Notes: generated by a model from the letters alone, not told the origin. A stretch of DNA of 64,000 nucleotides from Gemmatimonadota bacterium (GCA_039586795.1 JBDHJS010000005.1:1-64000); one strand, 5' to 3'. Positions 27,940 through 39,185 are shown, counted from the stretch's first letter. Made by a program: numbers and translations.

Positions 27940-28464
27940 CTACCGCTTCGTCGGGCCTTCCATCAACATCACCACGCCTTTGTCGCCTACCGAGGTGTGC
28001 ATGATGACCCGAGACAGCTCCTCGCGCTCGTAGACGACGAAGCCGATCGGCAAGAAGAGCGGAATTTTCGGAGACTTCTTGGCGCGCGCCCAGCCATCGC
28101 TCTCACACAGCTGACCCAACTCTTCCGCCGTCGCCTTGGCGTCCTCGACATGCCACTGCACGTTCGTCGCCTTCGATTCACCCGGCACGGTCAGCACGGC
28201 GCTGACCTGACCGGCGAGAAACGGGATGCCGGACGGATAGCTGTCGTGCGGCGCGTCGCTACCCTCGAATACCGTGGCTTTGACGGCGCCCGTTCCTTCG
28301 GCGCCCGGCGGAGGTTCGACTAGAAGTCGAATCCCTGGGGCGGGATTCTTCTCGAACTGGAGGACCTGGCCTTCGATGGTTACCGTGCCCGACTCATCCG
28401 GGCTCTCCAGCGCCGCCTTCATGACGTTGGCCAGCAGCTCGTACTTCTTCATGTCCTGGATCAC
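27940..28464 (-). CDS. Hypothetical protein
   Basis: GGAGGT RBS, GTGA overlap with the upstream gene, protein-like composition. Confidence 0.65.
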   Translation of the reverse strand: MIQDMKKYELLANVMKAALESPDESGTVTIEGQVLQFEKNPAPGIRLLVEPPPGAEGTGAVKATVFEGSDAPHDSYPSGIPFLAGQVSAVLTVPGESKATNVQWHVEDAKATAEELGQLCESDGWARAKKSPKIPLFLPIGFVVYEREELSRVIMHTSVGDKGVVMLMEGPTKR

Positions 28465-29648
28465 GATCCACCTCCATCGACCGCCGCGCGCTCTCTGATC
28501 CGATAGCACGCGACCGCCGACGCGCCGGATGGCTGAATGATGACGCCGCAAGCCCGGTCCCCGCGCACGGCCTCCAACCTCATCGGAAGCGGCAGGTAGA
28601 TCGGACCCAGGTATTGCCCGTCGGCATCGAAGACATCGCGCCGTGACGGCTCCGCCGGCAGAAACGGGTCGACCCACAGCCGCCCCTGATCATCAAACGC
28701 CAGCCGTTCGATCGCCGGGATGAAGTGAGCGAACGGCAAAGTCTCCAACGATTCCCGTGGCAAGCCGCCCGCCGCAAGCATGTCGAGCACGCTGTCCCTC
28801 AACGCCGGGGTCACCTCGATGTTCTCGTACTCCCGCGCGACGCGGCGCAACACGCTCCCGTCGGGTTCGCGCACCTCGATCATGTAGCGAGCCGCCGTCG
28901 TGACGGCGACGGCCCCGGGTATCGCCGACAGCCTCGGCTCGGGAGCGAAGCGCGGCTTGGCGTATGATACGCCGCCGTCCGGTCGTTGAATCGCGGTCCA
29001 CAGGCTCGGGGTGTAGTTGAGCACCGTATCGGCGATCTCTCCCCACCCGGTGACGCGCAGCAAGACCGCCCTGCCCGTGTCCTGCGCTTCCGCGACGAAG
29101 GGCGCCGGCTCGCCGGCCAGATAGATCTCGTTGACGCCGCCCGCAACGAAGATCCCCGACGTCCCGACAAGGCCGCCGAGGTCCACATCGAATCGTCTCA
29201 GGAAGACGCCGGTCGGGTCGAACGCCGTGACTCGGTTCAGCTCGATGTCGAGCACGTAGACCTCCGAGTCCGCCGCCTCGAGGAATACCGGCGCCTCGAA
29301 GTCGCCGGGTCCACGACCCGGCTGACCGAACGAGTCCAGGTAGGCGCCCAGCGTGTCGAAGCGGAGCACCCGGTTGTTGCTCGCATCCAGAACCAGAACC
29401 TCGCCGCTGGGCAGGATCCCTACATCCACCGCCAGCAAGGTCGGCTTCATGTCGTACAGCTGATCGGCCGCCACGACCAGGTACTGCTCCAACGTCCACG
29501 GGACCGTGTCGCCCAGAGCGCCCTGGTCGGTGCTCATCATCGTCGGCACACCACCGATAGTGTCGACAACGACGTCGCCCCTGGCCGTGTCGCCCTGGCA
29601 GCCGACGAGCGCCAGGTAGCTTGCTAATAGAAGGGTTTGCATCTTCAC
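28461..29648 (-). CDS. 6-bladed beta-propeller lipoprotein
   Basis: LVGC lipobox, FGQPGRGPGDF, DVFDADGQYLG. Confidence 0.85.
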   Translation of the reverse strand: MKMQTLLLASYLALVGCQGDTARGDVVVDTIGGVPTMMSTDQGALGDTVPWTLEQYLVVAADQLYDMKPTLLAVDVGILPSGEVLVLDASNNRVLRFDTLGAYLDSFGQPGRGPGDFEAPVFLEAADSEVYVLDIELNRVTAFDPTGVFLRRFDVDLGGLVGTSGIFVAGGVNEIYLAGEPAPFVAEAQDTGRAVLLRVTGWGEIADTVLNYTPSLWTAIQRPDGGVSYAKPRFAPEPRLSAIPGAVAVTTAARYMIEVREPDGSVLRRVAREYENIEVTPALRDSVLDMLAAGGLPRESLETLPFAHFIPAIERLAFDDQGRLWVDPFLPAEPSRRDVFDADGQYLGPIYLPLPMRLEAVRGDRACGVIIQPSGASAVACYRIRERAAVDGGGS

Positions 29649-29771
29649 CTGTTCTCTCCGTCCCGATTCGCGCTGTTGCCCGAGCCTAAGCTCTTCCCGA
29701 TCATAACAGCCGTCAATGCCGCGCTATTCTGGCGCGGTGCGCCGGCAGCTCGAATGACGGAGCGCGACCTC

Positions 29772-30920
29772 ATGCATGCCGACCTCATCAGCGAAAGCAC
29801 GGTCCTCGAACTGCTTCAGGACCTGATCCGAATTCCCTCCGTCAACCCGACGCTGGCGCCAGAAGAAGCGACCGGCGAAGCGGCTATCGCCGAGTTCGCA
29901 CGGGATTGGCTGGTCGACCGTGGCATCGCCGCGCGGCTCGAGGAGGCCGCACCGGGCCGACCCAACGTGGCAGCGGAAGTCGGCCTCGGCAACGGGCCGA
30001 CCCTGGCTCTCTGCGCCCACCTCGACACCGTATCGACGGACGGGATGGAGATCGAGCCGTTCGAGCCGCGCCTGGACGGGCGGCGCGTGTACGGCCGGGG
30101 CGGCTATGACATGAAGGGCGGCGTGGCGGCGATCATGGCCGCGGCGGCAGCGCTCGCCGAGTCAGAGATGAACGGTCGCGTACTCCTGGCGCTGGTCGTC
30201 GATGAAGAGCATTCCAGCATCGGCGCCGATGATTTCGTCGCACGTCACACGGCCGACGCTTGCATCGTCACCGAGCCCACCGAGGGCAAGCTCGGTCTGA
30301 CGCATAAAGGATTCGTGTGGGCCGAATTGATCGCGCGCGGCGTGGCCGCCCACGGCAGTCGGTGGGATCTGGGAGTTAGCGCCATAGGAAAGATGGCCCG
30401 CCTGGTCACCACCCTGGAACGCTTCGATAAGGACGAGCTCAGGTCGCGCACACACCCCCAGCTCGGTCCCGCATCTTTGCATTGCTCGCTCATCGAAGGC
30501 GGCAGCGGCATCAGCACCTACGCTCCGGAATGTCGCTTGAAGGTCGAGCGGCGCACGCTGCCCGGCGAAAGCTTGCAACAGGTGGAGAGCGAATTGCGCG
30601 ATGTGGTTTCGGGGCTCGGTGAAGAAGCGGAAGTCGACTGCTTCTTTGACCGATCGCCTTTGGTCTGTCCGCCGGACGCGCCCATCGCGCGTTGCGTTCG
30701 CGACGCGGTCCGTGACGTGGTCGGCGCCGAACCGGAGGATGCCGGCGTCGGCTACTGGGCCGACTCGGCCGTGTTCGCGGCGGCGGGGATCCCCACCCTG
30801 CTCTACGGCCCTTCCGGCGAAGGCGCCCACGGCGCGGTCGAGTGGGTCGACCTCGACTCGGTCATCAGCTGTGCCCGGGTGCTGACGAACACCGCTCTGC
30901 GCCTAGACAACTATTACTGA
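29772..30920 (+). CDS. M20/ArgE-DapE family deacylase
   Basis: AHLDTV, GRGGYDMKGG, DEE, EPT, AHGAVEWV. Confidence 0.92.
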   Translation: MHADLISESTVLELLQDLIRIPSVNPTLAPEEATGEAAIAEFARDWLVDRGIAARLEEAAPGRPNVAAEVGLGNGPTLALCAHLDTVSTDGMEIEPFEPRLDGRRVYGRGGYDMKGGVAAIMAAAAALAESEMNGRVLLALVVDEEHSSIGADDFVARHTADACIVTEPTEGKLGLTHKGFVWAELIARGVAAHGSRWDLGVSAIGKMARLVTTLERFDKDELRSRTHPQLGPASLHCSLIEGGSGISTYAPECRLKVERRTLPGESLQQVESELRDVVSGLGEEAEVDCFFDRSPLVCPPDAPIARCVRDAVRDVVGAEPEDAGVGYWADSAVFAAAGIPTLLYGPSGEGAHGAVEWVDLDSVISCARVLTNTALRLDNYY

Positions 30921-30980
30921 TCGTTCCGCGTCCCACCGATAGAGTCATGAGGCACGGTCTTATACTGCCAGGAGGCTGAG

Positions 30981-32024
30981 ATGGCCCCGCGGATCGCCAC
31001 CGTATCGAGCATCGCCCTTGTATGTTGCGCTATCTCCACCGCCGGCTGCGGCACGCCGGAGACCGAATCGGTTGCCGAGACAACGATCGAAGAGATCGAC
31101 ACGCTGGTCTCACTCGAAAGCGAGCTATTGGCCAGCCCCAGCGACGTCGCCGTCGACGACGCCGGGAATGTCTACGTTCTGGATTACCAGTTGGCCGGCC
31201 TGCTAGCGCTTCGGGATGGCGAACCCGCGTTCATCGGTGGTGAAGGTGGCGGGCCCGGTGAGTTCGACGGGCCGACGACACTTATCGTTTGGGATGACTC
31301 GATCCGCGTCGTTGACCAGGGGAACGGCCGGATTCAGGTGCTGTCATCTGACGGGAGCTACGCCCGCGCTCTACCGATGCCCGCCAATTTCTTGGGGGGC
31401 TTCGCGCTGAGCCGGAACGGGCGGCTGGCCGTCCCGACGCAAGGTTTTCGAGAAGAGTTCCTGGCTGTCAGCTTCGACCCGGACGGGCAGCGGGCGCTTA
31501 CAGTCGGTGAGCCGATCGTGCCACCGCACGACATCTGGAACATGACGGAGATCAGTTCTGCGATCAGTGACGGCAAAGTCCCATCGTCGCTGCGCAACAT
31601 GAGCCTGCCCGCGATCGATGACGATGGATCCGTTTGGCTGATTCTGAACGCGGAAGGAATCGTTCAACGCTTTGATCCAGACGGAACGTTGCTCTGGTCG
31701 CTGACGCTCGATACACCCGAGCTCCCGGGGATCAAAGAGGACTTCTTCCGAAGAAACCGCGAGCTCACCACGCCGGGCTTCTTTCAGCTCCGGTACGTGT
31801 CCGACGCCTACACGACCGGCGACCGACTCTGGCTGCTTCTCAATACCGTGAAGGACGAGCCGTCCGTCATACTCGTGGTCAGCGATGATGGAAGGTTTGA
31901 TCAGCGCATCGTTCTACCGAACGCGCCCGATGTCTCAGACATCGCCGTAGATGATGTTCGAGGGAAGCTCTATCTGAGCGATCCCGCGAACGCATCACTT
32001 CTCGCCGCCACGCTGCCTGGCTAG
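30981..32024 (+). CDS. 6-bladed beta-propeller lipoprotein
   Basis: TAGC lipobox, IGGEGGGPGEF, NHL-like blades. Confidence 0.85.
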   Translation: MAPRIATVSSIALVCCAISTAGCGTPETESVAETTIEEIDTLVSLESELLASPSDVAVDDAGNVYVLDYQLAGLLALRDGEPAFIGGEGGGPGEFDGPTTLIVWDDSIRVVDQGNGRIQVLSSDGSYARALPMPANFLGGFALSRNGRLAVPTQGFREEFLAVSFDPDGQRALTVGEPIVPPHDIWNMTEISSAISDGKVPSSLRNMSLPAIDDDGSVWLILNAEGIVQRFDPDGTLLWSLTLDTPELPGIKEDFFRRNRELTTPGFFQLRYVSDAYTTGDRLWLLLNTVKDEPSVILVVSDDGRFDQRIVLPNAPDVSDIAVDDVRGKLYLSDPANASLLAATLPG

Positions 32025-32035
32025 ACGCTATCGAT

Positions 32036-32443
32036 TCAGTTGGCCGTGACTCGCAAGGTCACCTTGTACTCGAGGGCCGAGCGTGGCAGGCTCGGTGGAT
32101 CCACATCGATCAGATCTAATTCGTACGGATCCAGTGCGATGCCAGGCGGGCAAATGTCAGGATTCGTGCAGACCTGGAACAACTCCGCCGCATCGCTCGA
32201 CCGCTCGATATCGAGGACGATCGTAGCGTTCCCGAGCCACACGCAATACGACTGCGGTGGACAGCGCGAGTCATCCAACACGTGGGCGAACGTGATTAGA
32301 AGACCCGTGGATACCACCGCCGCCTGCTCGCCCAGCGCGATGGTGAAGGCCTGATCTAGCTCTACCTGACGATCGGGTCCGGTCGCATCCTCGTCTCCGC
32401 AGGCCACGACGGCCGCGAACAGAATCGGAGCCAGCCACCTCAT
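32036..32443 (-). CDS. Hypothetical lipoprotein
   Basis: VVAC lipobox, DSRCP....CVW.G.A motif. Confidence 0.8.
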   Translation of the reverse strand: MRWLAPILFAAVVACGDEDATGPDRQVELDQAFTIALGEQAAVVSTGLLITFAHVLDDSRCPPQSYCVWLGNATIVLDIERSSDAAELFQVCTNPDICPPGIALDPYELDLIDVDPPSLPRSALEYKVTLRVTAN

Positions 32444-32552
32444 GGTGAGCCTCCTACAACGCTTACAGGATCGGCGCCTCTGAGGATGAGACCGCACAGG
32501 CGACATGATCGTTAAATGATCGGCCACCTGATAAGTTACATGACAGCTTGGC

Positions 32553-32616
32553 TTGCCTTTACAGCGCTTTCCTCTATATTTAGTGTCATCTAAATTGTAA
32601 ATTCGACTAGACTAAA
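32553..32616 (+). promoter_or_regulatory. Sigma70 promoter overlapped by DtxR/MntR-type boxes
   Basis: TTGCCT-N16-TATATT; palindrome ATTTAG-tgtcat-CTAAAT (32578-32595) and a second imperfect box ttcgactagactaaa before the ATG. Confidence 0.7.
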
Positions 32617-32617
32617 A

Positions 32618-33643
32618 ATGGAAAACCAGTACCTGCTTTTTCTCGCCCTGCTCGCCGCTCTCGCCGCCGCCTTCTTCTGGCCCGGCTACGGCATCCTCGC
32701 CCGTTGGCGCCAGGCCCGCCAGCTCGCCGACCGGGCTCTGGTCGAGGACGCCCTCAAGCACATCCACGCTCGGCAGGAACGAGGCACGCTGGCCACCGCC
32801 GAGTCGCTGGCCGGCAAGCTCAATGTCTCCATCCGGCAGGCGCTGGACCTGATCGAGACGATGGAGGAAGGCGCGTTGGTCGACTCCACCGGCTCCGGTC
32901 TGGTGTTGACCCCGGCGGGCCGCGAGACGGCGCTGCGCGTCATCCGGGCTCACCGGCTGCTGGAGCGCTACCTGGCGGACGAGCTGCGAATCCCCCTGGA
33001 GGAGATCCACGCCGCCGCCGATCGCAAAGAGCATACGGTCACGGCGGATGAATTGGACGAGCTGGAAGCCCGGCTGGGCTATCCGCAGACCGATCCACAC
33101 GGCGATCCGATCCCGACCAGCGCCGGCGCGTTGGAAGAGCTGGAGGGCACAGCGCTCACCGATTGGCCGGTCGGTACACCGGCGCGGATCGTTCACCTGG
33201 AGGATGAGCCGCCGGAGCTGATGGCGCAGATCGTCGCGGCCGGGCTCGTTCCGGGGATGCACGTGGAGGTTCGGCGCCTGGGCCGTGAGCAGTTGGTTTT
33301 GTGGGACGGCGAGAGCGAACGGGTACTGGCGCCGGTGGCGGCGAGCAACGTCTTGGTGGTAGAGCTGCCGCATCCGATTCGGCCGCCGGTCAAACTCACG
33401 TCGCTCAAGCCCGGCGAGTCCGGTCGCGTGATCGCGCTCCGTTCGGAGGGTTTCGAGCGACGACGCTTACTCGACCTGGGGCTCACGCCCGGCACCGTGA
33501 TCGAGTGCGAGTATCCCAGCCCGATGGGCGAACCGACTGCTTATCGCGTACGCGGCGCGCTCATCGCATTGCGTCCCGAGCAGGGTAACCAGATCGAGAT
33601 CGAGCCGCTCCGCGCGGCCGGAATCGGTAACGGCACGTCATGA
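32618..33643 (+). CDS. DtxR/MntR family metal-dependent regulator with N-terminal TM helix and two FeoA domains
   Basis: [10 protein letters not shown]...[36 protein letters not shown]...[12 protein letters not shown]. Confidence 0.9.
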   Translation: MENQYLLFLALLAALAAAFFWPGYGILARWRQARQLADRALVEDALKHIHARQERGTLATAESLAGKLNVSIRQALDLIETMEEGALVDSTGSGLVLTPAGRETALRVIRAHRLLERYLADELRIPLEEIHAAADRKEHTVTADELDELEARLGYPQTDPHGDPIPTSAGALEELEGTALTDWPVGTPARIVHLEDEPPELMAQIVAAGLVPGMHVEVRRLGREQLVLWDGESERVLAPVAASNVLVVELPHPIRPPVKLTSLKPGESGRVIALRSEGFERRRLLDLGLTPGTVIECEYPSPMGEPTAYRVRGALIALRPEQGNQIEIEPLRAAGIGNGTS

Positions 33644-34446
33644 CGACCAAGCGACCGCAATCGATTAGGCGGCGATCGCTGCCGATCGCCGAGCCGGGCC
33701 TACCCGACGTCGGGCTGCGTCAGCTGGGGATCGATACCGAGGACTTCGACTACGTCGTCTGCCTGGCTGGCAACCCGAACACGGGTAAGAGCACGGTCTT
33801 CAACGCTCTGACAGGACTCCGCCAGCACGTCGGCAACTGGCCGGGTAAGACCGTCGCCCGTGCCGAGGGCGGCTTCGAGTACAAAGGCGAGAAGTACAAA
33901 CTGGTCGACCTGCCGGGTACCTACTCTCTGCTCAGCGCTTCCACGGACGAGGAGATCGCCCGCAACTTCATCCTATTCGGCCAACCCGACTGCACGATCG
34001 TCGTGGTGGACGCTACGGTTCTCGAGCGCAATCTGAACCTCGTGTTGCAGATCCTGGCGATCACCGACCGAGCGGTTCTTTGTCTCAATCTGATGGACGA
34101 AGCGCGCCGCAAAGGCATCAAGGTCAATCACAAACGTCTGGCGAAAGAGCTCGGTATCCCTGTCGTACCGACGGTCGCCCGCACGTCGCACGGAATGCCG
34201 GAGCTGATCGAGGTGGTCGCCGGCGTGGCAAGCGGCACCATCGAGACGGAGCCGCACCGCATACGCGCCAGCGGTTCGGCGGCGGCGTCCGTCGACGAAC
34301 TAGCGGCGCAGATCGGCGATGCGTATCCCGGACTGCCCAACGCGCGCTGGGTAGCGCTGCGGCTGCTGGAGGGTGACCGGCGCGTCGAGGACGCGATCAG
34401 GGGCGGCGAGCTTATGGAGCTGGCCGCAGCGGCGGAGGGCGCATGA
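33640..34446 (+). CDS. feoB: FeoB N-terminal GTPase (split FeoB)
   Basis: [38 protein letters not shown]. Confidence 0.93.
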   Translation: MTTKRPQSIRRRSLPIAEPGLPDVGLRQLGIDTEDFDYVVCLAGNPNTGKSTVFNALTGLRQHVGNWPGKTVARAEGGFEYKGEKYKLVDLPGTYSLLSASTDEEIARNFILFGQPDCTIVVVDATVLERNLNLVLQILAITDRAVLCLNLMDEARRKGIKVNHKRLAKELGIPVVPTVARTSHGMPELIEVVAGVASGTIETEPHRIRASGSAAASVDELAAQIGDAYPGLPNARWVALRLLEGDRRVEDAIRGGELMELAAAAEGA

Positions 34447-35840
34447 GCACGACGACGGCGCCTCCCCGAGCCGAACGCATACTCGAGAACGCGGAGCGAC
34501 TGCGACGCGGACTCGATGTCTCGTTCCGCGACCAAGTGGTGGAATCGATCTATTCGGAAGCCCACGCGATCGCCAACAACGTCGTACGCCACGGCAAGCC
34601 CGGCGGCCCGACCTGGGACAAGCGCATCGACCGCATCGTCACCTCGCGGATCCTCGGTATACCGATCATGCTGGGGATGCTGGCGGCCATTTTCTGGATC
34701 ACGATCATCGGCGCCAATTACCCGTCGCAAGCGATCGCCTTCTTGCTGTTCCAGGTCGAAGACTTCGCCGCGAATCTCTTCACATCGATCGGCGCGCCCT
34801 GGTGGCTCACCGGCTTCCTCTGGCACGGCGTGTGGCGCGGGCTCGCCTGGGTGATCGCGGTGATGCTACCGCCGATGGCGATCTTCTTCCCCATGTTCAC
34901 CATCCTGGAAAACCTGGGCTACCTGCCGCGAGTCGCCTTTAATATGGACTGGCTGTTCAAGCGGGTCGGCGCTCACGGCAAGCAGGCGCTGACGATGAGC
35001 ATGGGATTCGGCTGCAACGCCGCCGGCGTCATCGCCTGCCGGGTCATCGACTCGCCCCGGGAACGCCTGATCGCGATCCTCACCAATAACTTCGTCCCGT
35101 GCAACGGCCGCTTCCCGACGCTGATCATGCTGGCCATCATCTTCGTCGCCGCCTCGGCGCCGCCGGCGCTGGCGTCGTTCGCGGCGGCGGGCGCCGTGGT
35201 CGGCGTCGTTCTGATCGGCATCGTCTTCACGCTGATCGTCTCGTGGATGCTGTCGCGCACGGTGCTCAAGGGCCAGGCGAGCGGCTTCACGCTGGAGCTG
35301 CCACCGTATCGGCGCCCCAACATCGGCCAGATCCTCTACACCTCGATCATCGACCGCACGCTCTTCGTGCTGTGGCGCGCGATAATCATGGCGGCGCCGG
35401 CTGGCGGCGCGATCTGGCTGCTGAGCAACATCTCGGTGGGCGGCGACTCGCTGACGAACTGGATCTCCGGCTCCCTCGACCCGTTGGGCCTGGCGATCGG
35501 CCTCGATGGCGTGATCCTACTGGCCTACATCATCGCGATCCCGGCAAACGAAATCGTTGTGCCGACGATCATCATGGCCTACATGGGCGCCGGCCGCATG
35601 CTGGAGCTGGACACACTGGGTGAACTTCAGGAACTGCTGATCGGCCAGGAGGGATGGACGCTGCTGACTGCGGTGTGCCTGATGCTGTTTTCCCTGCTCC
35701 ACAATCCGTGCTCGACCACGATCTGGACGATGTACAAGGAGACCGGATCAAAGAAGTGGACGACGCTCGGCGCGTTGATGCCCCTGGCAATCGCCTTTGC
35801 AGTGTGTTTCGTGGTAGCGCAAACCGCTCGCCTCTTCTAG
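34443..35840 (+). CDS. feoB: FeoB membrane/gate domain (split FeoB)
   Basis: [39 protein letters not shown]. Confidence 0.93.
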   Translation: MSTTTAPPRAERILENAERLRRGLDVSFRDQVVESIYSEAHAIANNVVRHGKPGGPTWDKRIDRIVTSRILGIPIMLGMLAAIFWITIIGANYPSQAIAFLLFQVEDFAANLFTSIGAPWWLTGFLWHGVWRGLAWVIAVMLPPMAIFFPMFTILENLGYLPRVAFNMDWLFKRVGAHGKQALTMSMGFGCNAAGVIACRVIDSPRERLIAILTNNFVPCNGRFPTLIMLAIIFVAASAPPALASFAAAGAVVGVVLIGIVFTLIVSWMLSRTVLKGQASGFTLELPPYRRPNIGQILYTSIIDRTLFVLWRAIIMAAPAGGAIWLLSNISVGGDSLTNWISGSLDPLGLAIGLDGVILLAYIIAIPANEIVVPTIIMAYMGAGRMLELDTLGELQELLIGQEGWTLLTAVCLMLFSLLHNPCSTTIWTMYKETGSKKWTTLGALMPLAIAFAVCFVVAQTARLF

Positions 35841-35848
35841 CGACCCAG

Positions 35849-35887
35849 CGTCCGGCGTTCGACTCTCGTGACGTCGAACGCCGGACG
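35849..35887. terminator. Hairpin between convergent operons
   Basis: cgtccggcgttcgac / gtcgaacgccggacg 15-bp perfect stem. Confidence 0.65.
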
Positions 35888-35897
35888 TCGGCTGTCG

Positions 35898-36602
35898 TCA
35901 ATTCCGAACGAGTTCCGGTTTGACCGTCAGAATCACCGCCGAGCGATCCGATTCCGGCTGCGCCGAGCCCAGCACCAACAGCTGGCCGATACGCGCATTG
36001 ACGGCGGTCGCGAAGATCTGGCCGTGGCGACTTGATTCCAAACTCACGTGCAGCTTCACGGTACCGCCCTGGTCCGTAGCGTTGACGTCGCCGATACCCG
36101 CTTCAATGTGATAGCGCTCGGAGTCGGTAGCGACACCTTGCGCGACTCCGCTGTGCTCGATCCCGGTCATGATCGCCTCGCCGGCGATTCGATAGTTCCT
36201 GAAACGGAACACGTCCTCGGGTAACGCTGCCTTCACTTCATCCAACCGCGGATCATCGGATGGCGCGCCTCCGTTCGCCTCCACCAGCCTGAACTGAAGC
36301 TTCACGCTCGGCTCCGGCAGGTCGTACTTCTGCAGCACATCCCCGATCCTCGAGAGCATCTCCGGAGTCTCACGGACCGTGATCGTGCGCGTTTGATCGT
36401 CGATGCTCGTCGTGCCGCCGCGATCGGCGAAAACGTACGGTTCGATGACGCGCCAAGCCGCTTCGGGCTCCATATACTCGAGTTGATACGTCTGGACTTC
36501 CAGGTGGCCAAACTCATCGCTGGTCGAGAACATCCGCGCCACCAGCCATCCACCAGCCAGCACCACAAGGGCCAGCACGATCATCAAAGGTTTGGACTGC
36601 AT
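35898..36602 (-). CDS. Hypothetical protein with secretin N-domain-like segment
   Basis: YQLEYMEPEAA...ITVRETPE.L.RI..VLQKYD pattern; third gene of the ECF operon. Confidence 0.7.
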   Translation of the reverse strand: MQSKPLMIVLALVVLAGGWLVARMFSTSDEFGHLEVQTYQLEYMEPEAAWRVIEPYVFADRGGTTSIDDQTRTITVRETPEMLSRIGDVLQKYDLPEPSVKLQFRLVEANGGAPSDDPRLDEVKAALPEDVFRFRNYRIAGEAIMTGIEHSGVAQGVATDSERYHIEAGIGDVNATDQGGTVKLHVSLESSRHGQIFATAVNARIGQLLVLGSAQPESDRSAVILTVKPELVRN

Positions 36603-36617
36603 CGTTATCGCCTCCCT

Positions 36618-37073
36618 CTAGTAGAACCAAAGCACTTTCGCAGACTCATCTTGCGTTTCGAATACCATCACCTTCTGGTCCGTCGACACCTCGACGAACG
36701 GCTCGATCGTCGGCGGCGCCAGCACGATCTCGCTTTCTATCATCCGGCTACCGGTCACCGATTGCAGGATCATGATGCCCGAGACGACCGCCGCCGCGGC
36801 CACCGGCCCCCACTGACCGAGCCAACTCCACGACCGCGGCGTTGAGCGTCGCGACCGCATCGCGCTCAACGCCTGGTCAACATCCGTTGCCGGACGCAGT
36901 TCGGTGAGCGCCGTCGCCAGCTGCTCCTGACCCGCCAGCAGCGTCGCTCCCACCGCCTGGCAACGGGCGCAGTCGCGCACGTGAACCGCCAACTCCGTAT
37001 CGCCGTGGCCGGCGAGTTCGGTTGGATCGGCTTCCAACAGCCGCGGGTACGCCGTGTCGCAGTTAATGGCCAT
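36618..37073 (-). CDS. Zinc-finger anti-sigma factor
   Basis: HVRDCARC (HxxxCxxC) plus a TM helix, directly downstream of the ECF sigma. Confidence 0.85.
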   Translation of the reverse strand: MAINCDTAYPRLLEADPTELAGHGDTELAVHVRDCARCQAVGATLLAGQEQLATALTELRPATDVDQALSAMRSRRSTPRSWSWLGQWGPVAAAAVVSGIMILQSVTGSRMIESEIVLAPPTIEPFVEVSTDQKVMVFETQDESAKVLWFY

Positions 37074-37656
37074 AGTCTTCTACCAGTTGTGGATGACTCT
37101 CGAGTATCCTCTTGCGGATCGTCTTCCGCGCCCGGAAAAGGTGCGAGCGCACCGTCACCGGCTCCATTCCCAGCATCGCGCTCACCTCGACGGCGCCGAA
37201 TCCCTGCAGGTCGCAAAGATCGAAGATCTCGCGCTGCCGCTCGGACAGCTCCTGCAAGAACGTCTTCACCAGTCCCGCCGCCTGTCGTTCATCCGTCGTC
37301 TCCACTTCGCGGGGATCCTCCGCTACCGGGCCCGCAAGCCGCACCGCCTTGTCCGCCAACCGCTGCCGCCGGCTCCGTTTCCGGTGCAGATCGCCGGCGG
37401 CGCTCCGGGTCACCTGGTACAGCCAGGTGGTGAACTGCGAGCGGCCATCGAAACCGGGCAGGTGCCTGTGCAGCCTCACCAGCGCCTCCTGGACCACATC
37501 GTCGGCGTCGTCCGCGTCGCCGGTCCGGGCCAGCGCCCAGCGGTGGATCCGGTCGTAGTACCGCCGGACCAGCCGCTCGAACGCCGCTTCGTCGCCGGTT
37601 TGAGCCCCTCGGACCAGGGCCGGCACACCTTCATCTATCCTCGTCGGCTCGCTCAA
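37063..37656 (-). CDS. ECF RNA polymerase sigma factor
   Basis: GDEAAFERLVRRY, DADDVVQE, FTTWLYQV, TVRSHLFRARK. Confidence 0.95.
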   Translation of the reverse strand: MSEPTRIDEGVPALVRGAQTGDEAAFERLVRRYYDRIHRWALARTGDADDADDVVQEALVRLHRHLPGFDGRSQFTTWLYQVTRSAAGDLHRKRSRRQRLADKAVRLAGPVAEDPREVETTDERQAAGLVKTFLQELSERQREIFDLCDLQGFGAVEVSAMLGMEPVTVRSHLFRARKTIRKRILESHPQLVEDYGH

Positions 37657-37686
37657 CAGATCTCCCGGTCGCCCAATCTCGACCCT

Positions 37687-37715
37687 GTGACGTCATCAGC
37701 CGGGTCGGCGTTTAC
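37687..37715 (-). promoter_or_regulatory. Putative autoregulatory ECF promoter
   Basis: Minus strand GTAAAC-N17-CGTCAC, 30 bp upstream of the sigma start. Confidence 0.55.
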
Positions 37716-37764
37716 GCAGGGAAGCTGAGGTAAGGCAGTACTGGAAAGATGGGGCGCTAGCGCT

Positions 37765-37794
37765 GTGCAACACTAGCGGCGGTATCGTGCATCT
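37765..37794 (+). promoter_or_regulatory. ECF-type promoter candidate
   Basis: GTGCAAC-N17-GCATCT. Confidence 0.5.
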
Positions 37795-37868
37795 AGTACG
37801 TAGAGCCTGCGATCAGCCCCGATCGTCTCCAGCGCCCGCCAGACCGGGCACCGGGAGGCTCATCGATC

Positions 37869-39083
37869 ATGCGATCTTTAGCCCTTCTATCAGCGCCGTT
37901 GATCCTTGTTACGGTGCTAAACGGCTGCGGAGGAGCGGAAGGCTCTGCCGGGCCCGTCGTACGGGACAGCGCCGGCGTCACCATCGTCGAGAACTCCGGC
38001 AGCCGGTGGCCGGAGGGTGTGGGCTGGCGGCTCTCGGAGCAGCCGATCCTCGACATCGGCGTAGTCGAGGGCGATCCTGAGTACCAGCTCTATGACGTGG
38101 TTGGCGCAATCGAGCTGGACGATGAACGACTCGTGGTCGCAAACAGCGGCACGGCCGAGCTGCGGTTCTTCGACGCGGATGGCCGGTTCCTTTCGGCTTC
38201 CGGTCGAAAAGGCGGCGGCCCGGGAGAGTTCGAGGACTTGACGTGGATCAGGCGTGCGGCAGGCGATTCGCTCCTCGCCTACGACTGGCGCAGCCGCCAT
38301 GTATCGGTCTTTGACGACCGGGGCAACTTCGTCCGTTCGTTTGGATTACGGGTTCTCGATCAGCGAGGCGGATTCCCGGTCTACGCCGGCGTATTTTCCG
38401 ACGGCACGATGCTGCTGGCCACCGATATGTCGTTCGCCCGCGACCAGATCATCGAAGGCGCCACACGCGACAGCGCCATGTACTATCGCTGCGGCAGCGA
38501 CGGCTCGGTGATCGACACCATCGGCGTATTTCCCGGCGGTGAGGCCTACCGGAAGCAAGTAAGCGATGGCTGGATGGTCAGCGGGGTGGTGTTCGGAAAG
38601 TTCGGACAAGCCGCCGTACTCGAAGACGGCTTCTATTTCGGCAGTTCCGAACGATATGAGATCGGTCACTACGACATGAGCGGAACTCTCCTTCGTGTGA
38701 TCCGACTCGATCAGGCGAATCTTCCAGTGACCCAGAACGACATCGACACTTTCGTCTCCAACCGCATGGCGGATGCCCAGGACGAGGGCCGTCGCCAGAT
38801 GCTTCAGACGCTGTACGAGGACATGCCGTTCCCAGACGACATGCCGGCGTACGGACGGCTCATCGTGGATGCCGAGAGTAATCTGTGGGTCTCCGAAACC
38901 CTCCGGCCCGGAGACGAGCAGCCGCGCTGGAAGATCTTCGATGCGAACGGCGCGTTTCTCGGCACGATCCAGACGCCACCGAGATTCAGAATCTACCAGA
39001 TCGGATCCGATAGCGTGCTGGGCAGGTGGCGCGATGAATTCGATGTCGAGCACATTCGGGTATACGAGCTACTGAAGAGCTGA
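37869..39083 (+). CDS. 6-bladed beta-propeller lipoprotein (tandem paralog 1)
   Basis: LNGC lipobox, VRDSAGVTIVEN, GRKGGGPGEF, IYQIGSD.VLGRWRDE. Confidence 0.88.
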   Translation: MRSLALLSAPLILVTVLNGCGGAEGSAGPVVRDSAGVTIVENSGSRWPEGVGWRLSEQPILDIGVVEGDPEYQLYDVVGAIELDDERLVVANSGTAELRFFDADGRFLSASGRKGGGPGEFEDLTWIRRAAGDSLLAYDWRSRHVSVFDDRGNFVRSFGLRVLDQRGGFPVYAGVFSDGTMLLATDMSFARDQIIEGATRDSAMYYRCGSDGSVIDTIGVFPGGEAYRKQVSDGWMVSGVVFGKFGQAAVLEDGFYFGSSERYEIGHYDMSGTLLRVIRLDQANLPVTQNDIDTFVSNRMADAQDEGRRQMLQTLYEDMPFPDDMPAYGRLIVDAESNLWVSETLRPGDEQPRWKIFDANGAFLGTIQTPPRFRIYQIGSDSVLGRWRDEFDVEHIRVYELLKS

Positions 39084-39185
39084 GTTGCACGGCGGAAACA
39101 ACTAATCAGCCGCACCATGCGTCTATAGCTTGAGCCCCCAAGACGCGTGCGATAGTCCTGGCCGTCATACCACAGGTCGATATAC

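Noticed and set aside
34440..34446. feoB broken by a frameshift
   Set aside because: The ATGA overlap has a GGAGG RBS and both halves are intact, consistent with a natural split gene.
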